A DNA stretch of 64,000 bases from an uncultured Armatimonadetes bacterium (GTDB taxonomy: Bacteria; Armatimonadota; UBA5829; DTJY01). Within the stretch, counting starts at the first letter, position 1. Each line of letters starts with the position of its first letter. Positions 61,268-64,000 of the stretch are shown here, piece by piece. Location: NCBI GenBank assembly GCA_963717145.1, contig OY970325.1, forward strand, positions 416,001 to 480,000, given 5' to 3'. Below the pieces are notes generated by a model that saw only the letters and a program-made list of their open reading frames with translations, did not search any database and was not told the DNA's origin. The position numbers and the translations under genes are program-made.

Positions 61268-61524
61268 TCACGCATCACACGGGGCGGGACTCACACTCCC
61301 GCCCCGTCTCCCCGTCCCTCCTCCCCCCATCTCCCCCTCTCCCGATTCGTGTACCGGTAGCTTGAGAGTATGACCCACCGCCTGATTGTCCGAGTTACCG
61401 AATACCGCGAGCCCGGATTCTCCCCATATTCGCCCATTCGTGTGATTCGTGTTTCCCCGACTCCGCATTCCGAAAAGTGGGTACTATCCCTTCGAATGAC
61501 AATTCACTCATGAGGAGGCGCAAC

Positions 61525-62292
61525 ATGCTGCGACCCATGCACTTCGAGATCATGGCTGCCGACCCGGAACGGGCGGCGAAGTTCTACACCGATGTCTTCG
61601 GGTGGAAGTTCCAGAAATGGGAAGGCCCGATGGAGTACTGGTTGATCATGACCGGCGACAGAAGTCAGCCTGGCATCGACGGCGGAATGATGAAGGGCGA
61701 CACGCCCATGACCATCAACACCGTTCCCGTCCCGAACATCGATGAGTACATCGAGAAGGTCACCGCCGCCGGTGGGAAGATCCACAAGGCCAAGCACGAG
61801 ATCCCCGGCGTTGGATACCACGGGTATGTCGAGGACACGGAGGGCAACGTGTTCGGCGTCCTGCAGCCGGCGAACGAGAAGATGGAGGGTGCCGAGTTCG
61901 AGAGTACGCACAAGACTCCGCGACCCGTACACTTCGAGATCACCGTTGCCGATCCGGACCGGGCGGCGAAGTTCTACACCGATGTCTTCGGGTGGAAGTT
62001 CCAGAAATGGGAAGGCCCGATGGAGTACTGGATGGTCATCACCGGCGACAAGGATGACCCGCACGGCATCAACGGCGGCATGATGAAGGGCGACGCCCCG
62101 AAGACCGCCAACACCATCGCCATCCCGAACATCGATGAGTTCGTCGACAAGGTAATCGCGGCCGGAGGGAAGGTCATCATGCCGAAGGACGAGATTCCGA
62201 CCGTAGGCATGTTCGCGTATGTCGCGGATACGGAAGGCAACGAGTTCGGCATCCTTCAGCCGTCGGAAGAGATGATGCGCGCCGCGGCGTGA
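61525..62292 (+). CDS. VOC/glyoxalase family protein with two tandem domains
   Basis: HFEI...D..RA.KFY..VFGW and GI.GG...DTEGN.FG occur twice. Confidence 0.9.
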   Translation: MLRPMHFEIMAADPERAAKFYTDVFGWKFQKWEGPMEYWLIMTGDRSQPGIDGGMMKGDTPMTINTVPVPNIDEYIEKVTAAGGKIHKAKHEIPGVGYHGYVEDTEGNVFGVLQPANEKMEGAEFESTHKTPRPVHFEITVADPDRAAKFYTDVFGWKFQKWEGPMEYWMVITGDKDDPHGINGGMMKGDAPKTANTIAIPNIDEFVDKVIAAGGKVIMPKDEIPTVGMFAYVADTEGNEFGILQPSEEMMRAAA

Positions 62293-62360
62293 TGGAGTGG
62301 GAGAGTGGGAGAGTGGGGGAGTCCCGTCCCTCCTCCCTCCTCCCCGCGTCCCTCCTCTCC
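62293..62360. repeat. GGGAGAGT octamer palindromic element, degenerate
   Basis: ggagtgggagagtgggagagtgggg...ccctcctccctcctcccc between convergent genes. Confidence 0.55.
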
Positions 62361-62376
62361 AACGTAGAGGGTCGCC

Positions 62377-63960
62377 CTATTTCGGATTACTACCGGCAGC
62401 CGGCATGTGCCTGGCCCAGTAGAGGTCCTGCTTCTTCACGGCCAGGTACCCAAGACTCCCGTCCGTGCGGAACACCGGGCCCGTGCCGGGAAAGAAGTGG
62501 GCCGTCCCTGGACTGCTCGGGCCGAGCCAGACACCAGTGGCCTGCATGGTCTGTAACCTTATGAACTCCTGGAAAGAGTCCAGGAGGACCTTCTCGGCCA
62601 CAAGCACGCCCAGTGCGTCATATTCCGGCCCCTGCTGCCCGTCCAGGACCACAAACTGCTTCTTGCCTTTCTGCGCGGCATAGGCAATGTGCTGCCCGTC
62701 ACTGCTGAAGACAGGGGTCGTCTCCAGGATAAGATCGAATTCCGGCTGCTCCTGCCCATCCAGGACGACCGCCTGCGTCTTCTTTCTGATCACGACATAG
62801 GCGCAGTGCTTCCCGTCAGCGCTGAGAATCGGACTGCTTATCGCATCATACTCCGGCCCCTTCTGCCCGTCCAGAACGATACACTGCTTCTTGCCATCCT
62901 GCGCCCAATAAGCCAGGTGTTTCCCGTCGGAGCTGAGGACGGGATTACCCACGCCGTCTAACTCCGGCCCTTGTTGCCCGTCCGTTACTATCATCCACTT
63001 CTTGCCGTTCACCGCAAGATGGGTGAACCTTCCGTCAGCGCCGAAGACGGGCAAGCCCAACTGGTCATATTCGGGCCCCTCCCGACCGTCCAAGACCATC
63101 ACCAGTTTCTTGTTCCTCAGTGCAGGATAGGCGAAATGCTTTCCGTCAGGGCTGAAGGCGGATTGCGCCCCCGTCCCATCGTATTCCGGACCTGCCTGTT
63201 CGTCCAGGACAAAGAACCCTCTGTTGTTCCTGGTAGCTGCATAGGCAGAGTGCTTGCCATCAGCGCTGAAGATGGGATCGAACAGCTTGTCATACTCCGG
63301 CCCCACGCGTCCGTCTACCACCATCGTCCACTTCTTGTCGTTCTGCGCCGCATAGACCAGCTTCCCGTCCGGGCTGAAGAACGGGTTGCTCACCGCATCG
63401 TATTCCGGCCCCTGCTGCCCGTCCATGACCATCGCCCACTTCTTGCCGTTCTGCGCGATATAGGCAAGCTTTCCGTCACGGTTGAAGAAGGGTGAGCCCA
63501 GCGTGTCATGCTCCGTGCCCTCCTGCCCGTCCAGGACCATTACCCATTTCTTATCCCTGGTTGCACCATAGACCCAGTGTCTTCCGTCCGGGCTGAAGTA
63601 TGGGTTGCTTGTGCTATCGTACTCCGGCTGTTCCTTGCCATCGAGGACGATGAGCCATCTCTTGCTCCTGGTCACAGCATAGGCAAGCTTACCATCGGAG
63701 CTGAAGACAGGCTGGCCCACGCCATCATATTCGGACCCCTTCTTCCCATCCAGGACCATGAGGTGCTTCTTGCCTTCCTTCATACCGTAGGCGAAATGAC
63801 CGCCGTCGGCACTGAACGAGATTGACAGGACGAGGTCCTTGTACTCGCATAGCCGTGTCTCCTGAAGAGTGAACCCGCCTTCGACCGCTGCTGGAGACTG
63901 AGACGCCACTGCGCCAGATAGTAGAACGAGCCCAGCCAAGAAAACCACTAAGCGTGCCAT
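62377..63960 (-). CDS. Secreted WD40/TolB-like beta-propeller repeat protein
   Basis: About eleven FS.DG.H.AY...K...V.DG..GPEYD repeats; signal peptide. Confidence 0.85.
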   Translation of the reverse strand: MARLVVFLAGLVLLSGAVASQSPAAVEGGFTLQETRLCEYKDLVLSISFSADGGHFAYGMKEGKKHLMVLDGKKGSEYDGVGQPVFSSDGKLAYAVTRSKRWLIVLDGKEQPEYDSTSNPYFSPDGRHWVYGATRDKKWVMVLDGQEGTEHDTLGSPFFNRDGKLAYIAQNGKKWAMVMDGQQGPEYDAVSNPFFSPDGKLVYAAQNDKKWTMVVDGRVGPEYDKLFDPIFSADGKHSAYAATRNNRGFFVLDEQAGPEYDGTGAQSAFSPDGKHFAYPALRNKKLVMVLDGREGPEYDQLGLPVFGADGRFTHLAVNGKKWMIVTDGQQGPELDGVGNPVLSSDGKHLAYWAQDGKKQCIVLDGQKGPEYDAISSPILSADGKHCAYVVIRKKTQAVVLDGQEQPEFDLILETTPVFSSDGQHIAYAAQKGKKQFVVLDGQQGPEYDALGVLVAEKVLLDSFQEFIRLQTMQATGVWLGPSSPGTAHFFPGTGPVFRTDGSLGYLAVKKQDLYWARHMPAAGSNPK

Positions 63961-64000
63961 GTCTAACTCCATTCTCGCACATTCGACCGGAGCACGATGC

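Noticed and set aside
61340-61490. c-di-GMP riboswitch before the VOC gene
   Set aside because: The GAAA-like fragment lacks the required P1/P2 consensus; the region looks like repeat remnants

Overview
This is a GC-rich bacterial chromosomal window, probably Armatimonadota (inferred from PEP-CTERM proteins and the C-terminal domain style of the secreted proteins). Core genes include a GH38/DUF1015/GH4/sugar-kinase operon, accB-hom-thrC-purC-IMP cyclohydrolase-apgM, tilS-ftsH, formiminotransferase, folP and tRNA-Gln. These are interspersed with small toxin-antitoxin or defence cassettes, an IS481 element, two sigma-54-driven PEP-CTERM genes and many palindromic or heptameric repeats, several of them inserted in frame inside proteins. 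The most notable region is 35.9-45.2 kb. There the last 84 bp of an oxidoreductase gene occur three times and bracket cargo: a DUF3800 pseudogene with a convergent, self-promoted ~90-nt structured RNA, then a DUF433/DUF5615 pair. A type III R-M system follows, then a 43-bp palindromic tandem array next to an uncharacterised helical+FN3-like gene. A tandem array of four mosaic secreted paralogues with conserved leader hairpins lies at 47.2-50.9 kb. Several single-base frameshifts may be assembly errors. All family calls come from motif recognition, not database searches.
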